A stretch of 63,444 bases of DNA, counting the filler. It is 5 parts of 5 records of this genome, joined end to end, with 100 filler letters (N's around TTAATTAATTAA, not from the genome) between each part and the next. Parts side by side here need not be neighbours in the genome. Positions count along the whole stretch, not along the records: positions 1 to 10,654 come from SRR2962707_4883; positions 10,755 to 18,694 come from SRR2962707_4884; 3 more parts are not named here. One strand, given 5' to 3'. The stretch's first letter is position 1, and each line of letters begins with the position of its first letter. The translations under genes and the position numbers were made by a program. A model generated the notes under the pieces. That model ran no database searches, was not told the DNA's origin, and was given only the letters and a program-made list of their open reading frames with translations. Below, one piece after another: positions 1 to 11,917 of this stretch.

Positions 1-30
1 TCACTCACTCACTCACTCTCTCTCTCTCGC
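1..30. repeat. (TCAC)n/(TC)n microsatellite at contig start
   Basis: tcactcactcactcactctctctctc seen directly. Confidence 0.9.
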
Positions 31-649
31 ACTTTGAACACTTCGGGTTTGTCTTTGGGGTCGATACCGCGGGAGCTCATCGGAAGAGGGAACAACAACA
101 GCGAAGGAAAGAAAGAAAAAAAAAACATGGCTTGACTTGCTGCAGCGCCATTGCTGTCACTGAAACTTTTGAAAAAGTAGCAAGAAAAAAAATTGAGGTT
201 TTTCTTTGGTGTTTTTTTTTTTTTTTGCGTACCCGCCCGGAAGTGCTTTTTCAAACTGCAACGCCTGTTTTTTGCCTTTGGCGTTGCGCGGCAATTTTGA
301 GCGAAACTTGCGAAGGTCCGTGACGAATTTGTTTTGCGCTTTTTTGTTCGTTTTTTTTGTTCGTTTTTTTGGTTCGTTGGTTGTTCGGGAATTTAATTTG
401 GGGCCTCGGCACGGGATCACTTTTTCCGTTCTTTCTTTCTTTCTTTCTGTCGCTGTCTCACTGCTTTCCCAAGGCCGTGGTCTATCCCTGAATAGAGTTA
501 TCTTTCGCGCGTGAATCGTTCGTTTGCTGTCACTCCTGGCAATCCGAAACGTGTTTGGACAGGCGAATGTGATCCACGATTGAGCTGGTGCGACTGCGTG
601 TGTGGCAGCTTCATCCCGGCTCGAGTGCCGGGGGTTTTGCCAACCGGAA

Positions 650-3600
650 ATGAGTTCCAGGGTGGCTTCGGCTGCGACACCAGCAGCTGCGCTCCGCACC
701 GCTTCGCAAAAGACGAAATTCTCACTGGGTAGAAGAAGGAAATCACAGTCTTCCTCGCAACAACCAAATAAAGGGCGTTGGCATCCGAGTGCAAGATTAA
801 AATGGCCTCCCTCGATAGCAGTCCTCCTCGGAGTAGTTGGATCGTGTCTGTGCTTCTGGTCCCATCCTGCAGCAGCATGGAAACTGAAGCAGCCGTGGAC
901 CATCCGGCAGTGGTGCAATGAAGTCGACAACGCGCGGTGGCCGTTTGCGTACGCAAAGTCAGTTGGTGCGACGGAGGAGACAAAAGGGCTTTCCGCCTCC
1001 AACGACCAATTCCTCGGCCATGAGTGCGTTCGCTATGGTGCAAAAACCATCTGCAACATCTGCGAGGACTTCAAGTGCGGCAATGATCTCAACGTTGAAC
1101 GCACATCGGCGGCTGACTTCGAAAACCCCGCCTTTATTCACGGTCAGAGCGGCGGCGACATTACTACTTGCTTTGACCAACTTCAGGGCATGAACTACAG
1201 TTTTCTTCCTCGCAACGTGCCGACTGTCAATTCCGCGCCGTTTGCAGTTGGCAGCGATGTGCGTCACCGCAACGACTTTGGGCAAGCAGGCCGCGTGTGC
1301 GTGATGCTTTCTGCCGGAAAATGTATTCTCCCGGGCAATCGTTCCAATGACGTGACGGCTGTGCACGTGACATCTCCGTCAGGCGACCTTGGTTCGTGGT
1401 TCCTTGCTAGTTTTGGTTGAATCACTGCGACAAACCGCCACGTTTGGGTGGTTCTTGTTGTTTTTTCGGCGGGTGATTGCGGGCTGCCTGTTGGACTGTG
1501 TCTGTGTTTGCTCCCAGCGGATGAGGACTACAATGACTGCGTGACTCGTTGCTGGGGATCCAATGTGCGCTACAAACCGTTTCCGAAAGAACGTTTTTCG
1601 GACACCTACTCAGGGTACAAAGATTATGCTGGGTGGGAGTACTACAAGGATGATAAGCAGCAGCAAGGTTCGTACTCGTGCGTCAAGCATGTTGTCGCTG
1701 GTACCTGTTTTGCCTCCTCGATTCTAGCTCCGCAGAGCGGCTGATCTGGGAGTTGAATCTGAACGGGTGATGCGTGCACTTTGCAGGGCGCACGTACACG
1801 GTTGCTGGCTCTGGCTTTGAAGGCTACGTCGACGGGGACATTGCCATGGCTCGCTTCAACCGCCCTCACGGACTCGCAGTGGACTATGATGGTTATATTT
1901 ACGTCGCTGACACGCACAACCATGTTATTCGCAAAATCGATCCCCACAAAGGGCTGGTCTCCACCGTCGCAGGAGATGGCGTAGCTGGGTACGTTCGAAT
2001 CTGCTCGGTGCTAAGACGACATGGCTCCGCCCGCGGTGGGTGTTGGAGCCAAGTTGAGAGCATCCGTGACAACTGTGTTTGTGTGCCTACCGCGCGCACA
2101 GGTATGCTGACGGCCGCTACGATCGGTCGCGGCTAACGAACCCAACGGACATTGCACTCTACTATGACCACTGGACCAACTACTCAGAGTTCCCCGAGTA
2201 CACAGTGGGACAGCATAATCTTCCAGACGACCCCAACAGGTGAGCGGTTCCATGTGAGCTCAACCCTGTGCTAATTTTGGTGGATGAGTCGTCGCGAAAG
2301 TGTCTAACCGTCCTTCTCGTTTGTCTGTGAAGGCCGGCTGGAGTTCTCGTCATTGTTGTCGCCGACACGGACAATCACCGCATCAGGAAACTTGTCAAAG
2401 GCCACATGTGAGTCAACCGTATTGAAGACGCCACCAACCGCCAGTTTCTGATGGATGTGCCTTGCAACTGCGTTTCACGGCTGCCACGCCTTTCTGCGCC
2501 GTGGTACATAGGTATACGTTGGCCGGATTTCGTGGACAAAGCCCAAAGAGTGGCTATGCCGATGGAGTTCCTGAAAACGCTCAGTTCGCGGCACCAACTG
2601 GGATCGCGGCAATGAGTGACGGGACTTTGTTTGTCGCCGACACTTACAACCATTTGATCCGCCAAATTTCGCCGGACGGCTTCACTACCACTCTCGCTGG
2701 CACTGTCGCGCAAGTCGAGCTCACGCCTGGGTGCCGAGACCCGTGCATGCAAGGTGCGTTGCAGTCAATGATCCGATGTGCTTGCCACAACTTTTTTGCT
2801 TGGCGTTTGTAGTACTTTCGCCTTGTCATCACGGATTTTTTCGCTGCTGATACTCCTCGACTTGCGGCAGGTCAACCTGGAACTGTGGATGCTGGCTTGT
2901 CGGACAGTAAATTTTACTTTCCAACCGATGTTGCCATTGGCCCAAACAACACTGTACTCGTCACCGACAACCACCGGATACGCATGGTGACGCTCCGGAA
3001 CAAAGATGCGTACATTCAGGTTTGTCAGTGGCTCATGTTTTATTCCTGTGAATGTGGGTGTTGAGCGAACGCGACGGCACATGCGGGTTGATCTGCTCTC
3101 CAAATTGAACGCATGTGCGCAGGGTGTGCTATCTCGCAATCGCGTCGTCACGATTGCAGGGAATGAGCGCCACGGGAAACACGACGACGTCGGGGAGCTT
3201 GCGACCTTTAACGGGCCCCAGTCTCTTTTCATGGCTCAAGACGGCAACATCTACGTCGCTGACTCGACAAACTGCCGCATCCGCCGCATTTCGCACGCTG
3301 ATCACGTTGCACCGGATATATCCTGCTCTACGAGGACGGTTGAGGTGTGTTTCACAGCTGCGAGATGCAAAATATATGGCCGTTGCGGAGGTGGAATGAG
3401 TGCTTCGCGCTGCTGCATGTTTGGGCATGCTTGTGACTGTATTGACTTTGGTGGCTGCAAATTTGTTAGGTCCTGCGCCCCTCGGGGTGTGCGTCGTACG
3501 ACCCGCCCACTGACGTTCTTGGGGACAAAGCCACGGCCAAAACGAAAAATATTTTCTACAACTACGACGACAAAGAAGACGGTCGACGAATAAAAAATTG

Positions 3601-6600
3601 CCTGGGCTCCCCGCCAGATCACTGGGGTCTGTTAAGTCTTGATAATGCTTTGTGAGTGGTGAGTTCAGTTCGAGGTTTTCCTCATATATTCGTTTTTTTA
3701 ATGGGCAGGGCGACAGTTCACCGGCCTGCCAGAGGGCCCACGCAATGGAACGGTCACGGAAGAGTACCAGTTGGACGAGACGTTCGATCGCGGTGCGTCC
3801 TCCTGAGCGTGCCCATTTGTTTGGCCATTGTTTCTTCGCACCCCATTGTCTTACCTCCATTGCTCTTGCATTGCGTGACCAGGAACAATTATCAAGGTCA
3901 GGTGCCCAGCAGGCTGCACTGCGGATCCTACGCCAGTGTTTGGTGGCGCGGATTCTCCCTCTGATGGCAGCAGTCCACATTACACGGACGAGTCGTCCCT
4001 CTGTCGTGCTGCAATTCATGCCGGACTGCTCGATGACAGGGGTGGCCTTGTCGCGATCCGTGTCCGCAACACTGGCGAGTACAACCACGGGAACGTCTCT
4101 CGCAATGGAGTTGCTACGCGGAGCGTGGAGCACTGGTACGCCTTGCCTTGCACGCGTATGAAGTCTTGCCATGTGGGGATCATGTGTTTGTCAGCATCGG
4201 AAAAGAAGAAGAAAACTCATGCTGCTTGGATGGCCTTTGTACAGGTATCGGACCTTTCAAATCGAGCCGTACCCCACTTACATGTGGGAAGTGCAAACGA
4301 TAGCTGGTGTCCCAACAGCGAATTTAATGGAGTACGATCAGTGTTTCAGCCAGGATGCGCAGCCCCCACAAGAGGCAGCCTTCAATCTTCCAATGGCCGT
4401 CACTATTTACCAAGTACGTTGAGGACGAGTTCGGCTGTTTTCAATCACTCAGAGCATCGAGACCTTGTGTGTTCTCAACTTGCATTATGTCGTTTGCCAC
4501 AGAATGCCTCTGCAACCAAGACCAACACGATTTATGTGTCTGACGCGATTGGCAACCGCGTGCGTGCCATAACGGCAGTGTGCTCGAAAGTATGCGAAAA
4601 TGGTGGTGAATGTGTTGCTCCGGAAACGTGCAGGTGTGTGTGTGTGTGTTTTGCCCGTAAATGTGCTGTGAGCTCGAAATTCAGTTGCCGTATCCTTGTA
4701 TATACCAATGCGATCTCGTTGTTGTTGCCATGCACTACCTTTTTCTCTAGCTGCCCCGAGGGATGGGAGGGCGATGATTGCTCTTTGCCAGTGTGTAGTA
4801 GCCCCTGTGCAGCACGTCACATCTGCACATCCCCGGACACATGTACCTGCCTTCCGGGTTGGGAGGGTGACGGTTGTCTCACCCCACAGTGTGTGCAGGA
4901 ATGCGAACATGGGGGTGTTTGCGTCGCGCCGGATACGTGCAGCTGCCCGCATGGCTGGTTCGACGCCAACTGCACCACGCCAGTATGCTCCCAGACGTGT
5001 GGAAACGGGGGGAACTGCACTGCGCCAGACACTTGCGCCTGTTCAGCCGACTGGCAGGGTTTCGACTGTCGAACTCCATACTGCACGCAGGTTTGTGCTT
5101 CAGTGCAACATAAAAACATTTCCAGTGCCGTCGCATTTAAAGCGCTTCCAACTGCTTATCGCTTGTTGGGGGAACCCATTTTGCACTCCCAAATTGGTAG
5201 GAATGCCTGAACGGTGGGCGCTGTGTTGCACCACACACTTGCTGGTGCCCCATGGAGTGGTCCGGCCATGATTGCTCGAAGCCTGTCGCTTTGCAAGGCT
5301 GGATGGTGCCTGATCCGAATAACTATTACGCGGAGTCCGAGTGGCGCGAGGAAAATTGGACTGAGTATGTGCTGTCGTGTGGCTGCGGACGTATGGAGGA
5401 CGTATGGAGACGTCATGTGTGACTGTTTCATATGCACGTATTTTTGCCTACCGTATGATCTGCAATGCCGCTGCCGCTCGTACAGATTTGTGCCCTGTGA
5501 CTGGCCCAAATGGTGCGAGGAAATCAATGGATTCGATTGCGCTCAAGTGCTCAGGGAATCAGACGTTGTTGAGCTGCCGAACGGCCCAGACCTTCGGTGG
5601 CGCACTGGCTGGGTAGGTCGTAGAACCCATGAACGAATGAATAGGCCGCGTTCTCGTTGAACTTCGTGTCTTGACGTTTTCATGGACTCTTTTGCTCGCA
5701 GGCCGACAACGCAACGTCGACGATTCGATCTCTCGCGGGCATGAGTGAGAAGGGTGTGCCCGGCCGGTGCTTCCCTGTGGAGCTTAATCTTGGCGACGAC
5801 ACGCCTTTCTCATACTGGAATCAGTATGATGTAATTTCGCCATCGGCATGGGTGTCAGCTGATGTGTATTACGGCTGGGATGGCGAACATGAGTGGGCAG
5901 CTCCATCAGAGACTGTCCCAGACCGGATGGTTGCGTGGGTAGAACTGCGCACGACAAAGCAGGTATGTCCCCGCTCGCCCCTCCCCCGCCAAAAACGGCC
6001 GGTTTTTTTTGCTAGCATATGTTGCGTTTTGCTTCTGGTCGCATCGTCGCCAGGCAATTTCGAGCTCGTTGGCTGACTGAGTGTCCCCCACCTTGCTCTG
6101 TACTGGACGTGTTCATAGGGGGTCTATGCGTGTGCTAACGGAGGTAACGTAACTCATCCAGGGTATTGTAAGTGTGCAGCTGGATGGGTTGGTTTCGACT
6201 GCCGAATTCCTGTTTGCCGTCAGGGGTACTTTGAGGAGGGTCAAGATGGGCGTGACCCGTACTGGTCAGACGAATACCCCGAGTGGGACGGCCACCCCGT
6301 GGGTCAGGGTGGCTATGAGTGCTCCATCCGTGCATGGACGGAGTGGGAGTATAAAAAGTGTGCGGATGGGAGATGCAAGAACTATATCTTTGAACATACC
6401 AACTACTTTTCGCGGTATATGGACGATCGTGATCACTACGAGACGTTCGGAGTCTATGTTCATCGTGACATGGGCTGGCCAGCGGTACATTTCCACCATG
6501 CCCCGCTGCTGGACAACACCCAGCAAGGATGGCTCCGCGATGGCTGGTGGGACGTCACTACAGAACTGTGGCAGAAGGGCAAGTGCAAACCCGAGTACGT

Positions 6601-9600
6601 GCGTGTGTGTGAGGGCGGCGACGCGTTTGTTGCTGCATGGGACGAACGCCAGGTCAACTACGACCAGCCTGGTATCCAGCCGGAGATCCCTCTTCCCAAC
6701 AATGGGACGGCCAACTCGTGGTTTGGTGTTCAGCCAGTTTTTGATACAGACGATAAATACCGCGCTATCAACACTTTCGTGGAGTTTGAGGTCGACTACG
6801 AGTCGGCGTTCGGTCAGTGGGACGGCTCTTACAGTTCCATGAACCTTGGCACTGCAGATGGGCTTATGTTGGTGCGTGAGTGAGCGAGTTGAACTTGAAC
6901 AATTGGCAGAAGCCCTTGTTGCGTAAGTGCGTGATTGTGGGCAATTTCCCAGCGCACTCACACCAGTCATTGCATATCGTGCGGCTTTTCAGGTTATGAA
7001 CACTAGCAATGGTTCCATTATCGTGTGCAATTCGAGTGGTACAGACTACCCCACGCAATGTCATTGCACTGCTGGAAGCGATTTTTCCAGTGGTTGCTAT
7101 CCCTTTGAGGAGATTGCTCGGTACCCAACTGTGCGTGGATCCTGGTGGGCTGATCGCGGTGATGCGGATTCAATCACTGGCCGTGTTGGCGATCCTGGGT
7201 TCGTCTCACGTCTAGTGTGGCACTGTAGATCGATGCGGTCAATAAGAACCATGCCCGAATTTTCGCTGTACTCATGAAATTTGCCGCTGTTCGACACTCA
7301 CTTTTGCGTTGCGCTAGATACATTGAACCAGATAGCCCCTACGCCGCAACGCGAGAGCGCGGCATCTTCCGAATTGACTCATACGGTCGCTGGACTTACG
7401 GACAAGGCGAATGTGTTGACTTTGTCCTGAAGGGGTGCTATAACAACGGGACCTGCATTGCCCCTGATGTTTGTTCTTGCGCTGAGGTACGGAACTCGTG
7501 CCGAAAATTGCACTGGCAAGCAACCTCTCCCTGCGACTGGTTTGTAACTTCTGTCATAGCAACTCTGACCTGTCACCGCTGAATGCTCATCGCCATGTAT
7601 TGTGTTAGGGCTGGGAGGGCTACGACTGCTCCATTCCAGTCTGCGGGCAGGACTGTGCTAATCGTGGCAACTGCACCCTGCCAAACACGTGCACGTGTGA
7701 GCGTGGTTGGAGTGACTTCGATTGCGAAGTCCCGCTGTGTGCGCAAGAATGTAATCACGGGAACTGCACCGCCCCGGACACTTGCACCTGTGAGACGTGG
7801 GAAAACGATTGGTATGATCTGCGCGGCCGTCCGCTGTTCCGCACTGAACAAGGCGACCCTCAGTTGACTGGCTACACGGGCTACGACTGCAACACACCGA
7901 TTTGCACGCAGGTTTGGACTGCATGTTTCCCTATATTTGACGAACAAACATATCGAACGATGGGAGACACTCCCACTGGATGTTGCATTGTTTGACATTT
8001 CCTGTCCGTTCTACGGGTGCACATTCCTTTTGCCACTTTGCCAGGCCGATCGCTTCTACTTGAATACCCGAAGCGGTGAAATCAGGCTTGGAGGTTTTGA
8101 CGCTGAAATATATGGCAGTGAGCCAAGTAATAATTTGCAAGGAGCAGACGGACCTCCGTGCGTGCCAAGAACTTTGCGTTCGGCTTTGTGGTGCAGCACC
8201 TGATTGGCTTGGAAGGAAAGCGTGCGAATGGTTGTTGAGCTGAGAATTCACTGTTCCGTGCGTTGTCTGTCCAGGTACATATTCATTCGGCCGAGTTCGT
8301 GGTCGCCGATATCAGGCCAGTTTTCGCGCAACGATGGGCGCAGTTGGCAAACTGGATGCCCAGAAATCACTGGAAACGGCACTGACGCGGGATCCTGGAC
8401 AGAATACGTGGGTCTCTCGGAGATTGGCGAACGAGTGTCTTTGTCACACCTTTGCAATGTGCTGCAGTGGTATCAGGTGCGGCGTTTTCTTGCTGCTGTG
8501 CGCGTGTGCCTGGATTTGGGCGCTTTGCTTGCCAATGTTGTGAGCTTTTCCTAAATTCTTGTGTAACCTCACACAGGGCGAATTTGATGACCGCGAGATC
8601 CGAGTGAACTTTGACAACTACATTCAGCTGGACTCGGAATCCTGGGTGCAGGGTATTGTACTTCCGGGCGAGGGGCTGTACGGATGTGCCAATCGTGGCA
8701 CGTGTATCGCACCAGACAACTGCTCGTGTGCAGACGGGTGTGTTTTCACTTTCTTTCGCCGGATTGTGCGCCTGTTTTGAAATTGCCTTGTTGCTTAAGC
8801 CCCAGCGGATGGCCAACTGTCGTATTGTTTGATATTGTTTGCTTCAAGATGGAGTGGATTTGACTGCAACAATCCTGAGTGCCGTCATCTCAATGCTGAA
8901 GGCGATATTGTCGGCTGCCTGAACGATGGTATCTGTGAGAACACCGACACGTGTGTCTGCGTCCAGTACGAATCGACTCTTTGGGAAGATTATCCCGAAA
9001 TGCGCCGCGAGCATCCCGATGCCATCACTGGTTACAACGGTAGTGATTGCTCGATCCCAATGTGCGTGCAAGCGAAGGAGTTTGATGAAGAGTGCGCGTT
9101 CCAGGAATCGCCTCTTCTTGGAGATGCTGCCAGTGGCGGCGAAGGCTGTTTTCGGTGTCACAACGGGGGATACTGCACGGCTCCTGATACGTATGTCACC
9201 AACAACAAACTGTGGCGCGGGTGGTTCGCACACTCACCAATGCCGCTTTGGATTCACCTGCCAGCCTTTTGATGGTATTTTTGTTTGCAGGTGTACCTGC
9301 CCACCACAGTGGACCGGCTACGATTGCCAGACACCAGTGTGCACTATCAAAGCTGACCGTAATCTCATTCTGCAGCTCCAAACGTTTGATGTTCAGCGCA
9401 TTCACGACTTTGAGGAGGATCCGTGTCTGACCGGCGAGTATCTGCGAAAGTGGAGCATTGCTGCAATTTCTTGCTATTCCCGAACTCAGAGTGACCTTTG
9501 AAATGCCGTGTGTTTTGCAGGGGAAGGCCACGGCAATTGTACACAACCCAATGTGTGCACATGTTACTGTGAGAAAGAGCGCAGCGGATACAGGCAAGTT

Positions 9601-10366
9601 CGCATTGCACGTTGGCATCGTCGATGAACAAAGGCGCCGTGTTTGTCCACTGATCATTGGTTCTGTTCTCTGTTATCAGTTACATCGCTGGGCGCGAAGA
9701 GGACAATCTTCTGTCCAAGACCGAGTTCAAGGAGGAAAAAGATGAGCGAGGTTACGACCAGGGGCCCTGGCAAGACCCGCTTGGCCGGACCCTCGGCGTT
9801 AACGAAATTTACGGTTCGAATTTCCCAGCTTCTTCCCTCTTGTTTCACGTCCCAACGTGCATCAAGATGTTGACTTTTCAAGAGTTTCGTTTATTTTTTT
9901 TCTCACAGTCACGCTGTTGCACGTCACGCCAGGCACCAAAGATTGCCGCCGTGGCTTTGAGGGCCGACAGAACTCTCTCGGACTGTTCGAGTCGTGCCAT
10001 CTCGTCATCAAGTTTCCCACGACTCTTGAGCGATACAGGTGAGTCTGTCCTCGATATTCGAGCCTACCGTTAGGGGAGAAACATGCGCCCACCAAAATGT
10101 TTTGAGGGCTGCTTCAACGCGCGTGCTCGGCTAATTGTCTCATTTGTTTCTCGCTTTTGTTGTTGGTTGCCATCGTGACTGACAGTGTCGAGATCATCGT
10201 TGGGTCGACTTTGAGCTTCGCCCTGATTTGCGTCATCTACTGCCTCGTGCGAAGGCGTCTCAACATCTTGCGGCACCGCGCGAAAATCGCTCGTCGGCGT
10301 TCGCGGAAGAGCAGCAGCGCCGGTGGGAGCGGCGGAGCTGAGCCGACCGCCTTTGGAAGGATTTAG
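650..10366 (+). CDS. Spliced eukaryotic gene (~30 exons, ~2,150 aa estimated): N-terminal hydrophobic segment, NHL-repeat propeller with inserted LCCL domain, many EGF-like repeats, C-terminal TM helix and basic tail
   Basis: Frames join across ~80-160 nt introns with GT/GC donors and pyrimidine-rich AG acceptors (e.g. 1668-1786, 1990-2101, 3627-3708). NHL motifs: FNRPHGLAVD..IYVADTHNHVIRKI and FAAPTGIA..LFVADTYNHLIRQI. LCCL: CPAGC..YTDESSLCRAAIHAG..SRNGV. EGF: CxNGGxCxAPDTCxCxxGWxGxDC. TM: IIVGSTLSFALICVIYCLV followed by RRR. The start codon and first intron are uncertain. Confidence 0.85.
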
Positions 10367-10557
10367 ATTCTGCGGTGTAGTGTACAGGGCTGTGACAGTT
10401 TTTGTTGCTCGCGCCTCCGCCTCCTCCACGCTGCTTCATGTGCAAGTTTCGCAGCCTTTTTTGAGACGAGCAGAGACAGGGAGGCACTTATTTAATTAAT
10501 AATAAATTTCAATGTTTTATATTATTTATTGTTTTTCATTGACTCTGCTGGATGCTG

Positions 10558-10654
10558 CTGTGTGTGTGCGTGTGCGTGCGTGTGTGGGTGTGTGTGTGCG
10601 AGACCGCACTCGCGAAATCAAGAACACTCGCTCATTCACTCACTCACTCACTCA
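10558..10654. repeat. (TG)n and (TCAC)n microsatellites at contig end
   Basis: tgtgtgtgcgtgtg... and cactcactcactcactca seen directly. Confidence 0.85.
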
Positions 10655-10754
10655 NNNNNNNNNNNNNNNNNNNNNNNNNNNNNNNNNNNNNNNNNNNNTT
10701 AATTAATTAANNNNNNNNNNNNNNNNNNNNNNNNNNNNNNNNNNNNNNNNNNNN
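10655..10754. other. Artificial contig linker
   Basis: N44-TTAATTAATTAA-N44, giving stops in all six frames. Confidence 0.99.
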
Positions 10755-11721
10755 CACCTCGATCATGCCGCTGCCGGAGGACGAGGACAGCTGGGCAAAT
10801 CTCGACGTGATGTTCGCCACCACGCGCGGCACCGTCCGGCGCAACAAGCTGTCGGACTTCGTTCAGGTCAACCGCAACGGCAAGATCGCCATGAAGCTCG
10901 ATGACGAGGGTGACGCCATCCTTAATGTCGAGACCTGCAACGAGTTTGACGACGTCCTGCTGACCACCGCACTGGGCCAGTGCATCCGCTTCCGTGTGGA
11001 TGATGTCCGCGTGTTTGCCGGCCGCAACTCGATCGGTGTGCGGGGCATGAATCTCGCCAAGGACGATCACATCATCTCGATGACGATCGTGCATCATGTC
11101 GATGCGGAACCCTGGGAGCGTGCGGCCTATCTCAAGCGCGCCATGGCAGAACGCCGTGCCGAGCTTGGCGACGAGACCGAGGACGTGGGTCTGGTCGGTG
11201 AGGATACCGGCGAGATCGGTGAAATCGGCGAACTCTCCAATGATCGCTACGAGGAACTCAAGGCACGCGAGCAGTTCATTCTGACCGTCAGCGAAAAGGG
11301 TTACGGCAAACGTTCATCGACTTATGAGTTCCGGATTTCGGGCCGCGGCGGCAAGGGCATCCGCGCCACCGACACGTCGAAAACCAACGAGATCGGCCCA
11401 ATGATTGCGACCTTCCCGGTCGAGCAGGGCGACCAGATCATGATGGTGTCCGATGGCGGCCAGGTAATCCGGGTTCCTGTCGGCGGCATCCGCATGGCCA
11501 GCCGCGCCACCAAGGGCGTCACCATCTTCTCCACCGCCAAGGACGAGCGCGTGGTCTCTGTCGACCGGATCAACGAGCCGGAGCATGACGACGAGCTGGA
11601 AGAGGGCGTTGAGGGAGAAACAGCGGAAGGTACCGTTGCACCGGAAGCCGGTGATGCGCCAGTGCCGGATGCTGACACTGGAACTGACACTGACACTGAC
11701 GAAACACCGCCTGAAGCCTGA
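10755..11721 (+). CDS. gyrA: DNA gyrase subunit A, 3' part (beta-pinwheel CTD plus acidic tail), 5'-truncated
   Basis: RRNKLSDFVQVNRNGKIAMKL, GRNSIGVRG, GRGGKG and SRATKGV blade motifs. Confidence 0.95.
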
Positions 11722-11745
11722 TAGGTCTTGAGGTCTTGCGTTCAG

Positions 11746-11773
11746 AAACCGGGGAGAGATCCCCGGTTTTTTT
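11746..11773 (+). terminator. Rho-independent terminator after gyrA
   Basis: aaaccgggga-gaga-tccccggttttttt. Confidence 0.85.
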
Positions 11774-11917
11774 ATGGGCGGCGGCTGATGGCCGCAGTCG
11801 GGGAAAACTTGGCTTGACCAGCGCGTCGATCAGACTCAAGCTGACAAGTGGAAATGCAAATGGGGATGATCGGCTTATGCAAGCGGTGACGAATGTCCCG
11901 AACGGGACGATGATGCG

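Noticed and set aside
650-10366. Stop-codon readthrough, alternative genetic code or pseudogene in the fragmented ORFs
   Set aside because: The stops I traced fall inside predicted introns, and the spliced exons read openly in the standard code.
1-10654. Single gene flanked by (TCAC)n at both ends, suggesting a nanochromosome with telomeres
   Set aside because: The repeats face the same way at both ends (telomeres would be inverted) and are mixed with TC and TG microsatellites. An assembly break at microsatellites is simpler.
10655-10754. Eukaryote-bacterium junction as horizontal transfer, or TTAATTAATTAA as a biological repeat
   Set aside because: The identical N-padded linker occurs four times and is an assembly artefact.
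11671-11701. gacact tandem repeat
   Set aside because: It encodes the low-complexity DTDTD acidic tail of GyrA.
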